From a virus: 64,000 bases of DNA. Position numbers and translations under genes: made by a program. The notes under the pieces were generated by a model, which worked only from the letters and a program-made list of their open reading frames with translations, was not told where the DNA came from and ran no database searches. The DNA lies in the IMG/VR virus record IMGVR_UViG_3300021364_000001, positions 32,001 to 96,000 of that record, one strand, 5' to 3'. Below are positions 63,562-64,000 of the stretch, piece by piece (the stretch's first letter is position 1; each line of letters opens with the position of its first letter).

Positions 63562-64000
63562 GGTTGGACTCCGACTTTATCGCGGTAGGGGTTGCCGATG
63601 GATGACTTTTCTCTCAGGTAATACTCATCATTGGGTTTGAGGTTGTTCTTCAAGTGGTTCTCCATGTAGAAGACAGGCATTCCTCTGTTCGTTGCGAACT
63701 TGTAGTAGGTCACCTCCTGCATCACGAAGTTCTGGATCACGTTACGGTAGACCAAAGCACCCTCCTTACTGATCTTACGAAGTGCCATCTGGCAGATGAG
63801 AGATGCGATACCGACCTGTCCACTGCTGTGCTTGGGTGCGTTCCAGTAGTCCTTGGCATCAGTATAGTACATGTCTGCCAGTTCCAACCACCAGGACTGT
63901 GCCGCTTTGACATCTGTCTCTGATGGGTCACCACCTTTGATCATCTTATCAATGTTGGTCACCACGTTACGAGGCAGTTTACTTTTGAGAGTAGTATCTT
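63558..64000 (-). CDS. Hypothetical protein, C-terminal part (5' end outside window)
   Basis: Frame stays open upstream of 63965 to the window edge. Confidence 0.6.
   Translation of the reverse strand, partial: DTTLKSKLPRNVVTNIDKMIKGGDPSETDVKAAQSWWLELADMYYTDAKDYWNAPKHSSGQVGIASLICQMALRKISKEGALVYRNVIQNFVMQEVTYYKFATNRGMPVFYMENHLKNNLKPNDEYYLREKSSIGNPYRDKVGVQP

Noticed and set aside
1-64000. CRISPR array, rRNA, integrase or IS element
   Set aside because: None seen by eye; a tool-based scan would be needed to exclude degenerate cases.

Overview
A 64-kb internal segment of a T4-like marine cyanomyovirus genome, most likely infecting Synechococcus. Almost all genes are on the minus strand. In order, the window holds tail-fibre/virion structural genes, a tRNA pair, the baseplate-hub/tail module (gp5, gp27-like, two tape-measure-like murein hydrolases, gp51, gp26, gp54-like, gp2, gp4, gp48, gp53), replication and nucleotide genes (gp32, gp33, exonuclease, phoH, thyX, rnh, glutaredoxin, nrdAB, gp61), and auxiliary metabolic genes (cpeT, cp12, psbD, psbA, two hli, peroxiredoxin, talC, five 2OG-Fe(II) oxygenases). 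It also carries four tRNAs and a block of probable internal head proteins. The most striking unannotated signal is at 51662-52274: an NtcA box, then two tandem glutamine-riboswitch-like (glnA/Downstream-peptide family) aptamers. The second aptamer contains a complete 56-codon ORF inside its variable P2 arm, and a DUF4278-like gene and a coupled 35-aa peptide follow. Other notable signals are a canonical -1 frameshift heptamer joining gp26 to gp51, a ligase-motif protein paired with an HxGH nucleotidyltransferase, and orphan antitoxin-like ORFs. Family names come from recalled motifs; no database searches were run.
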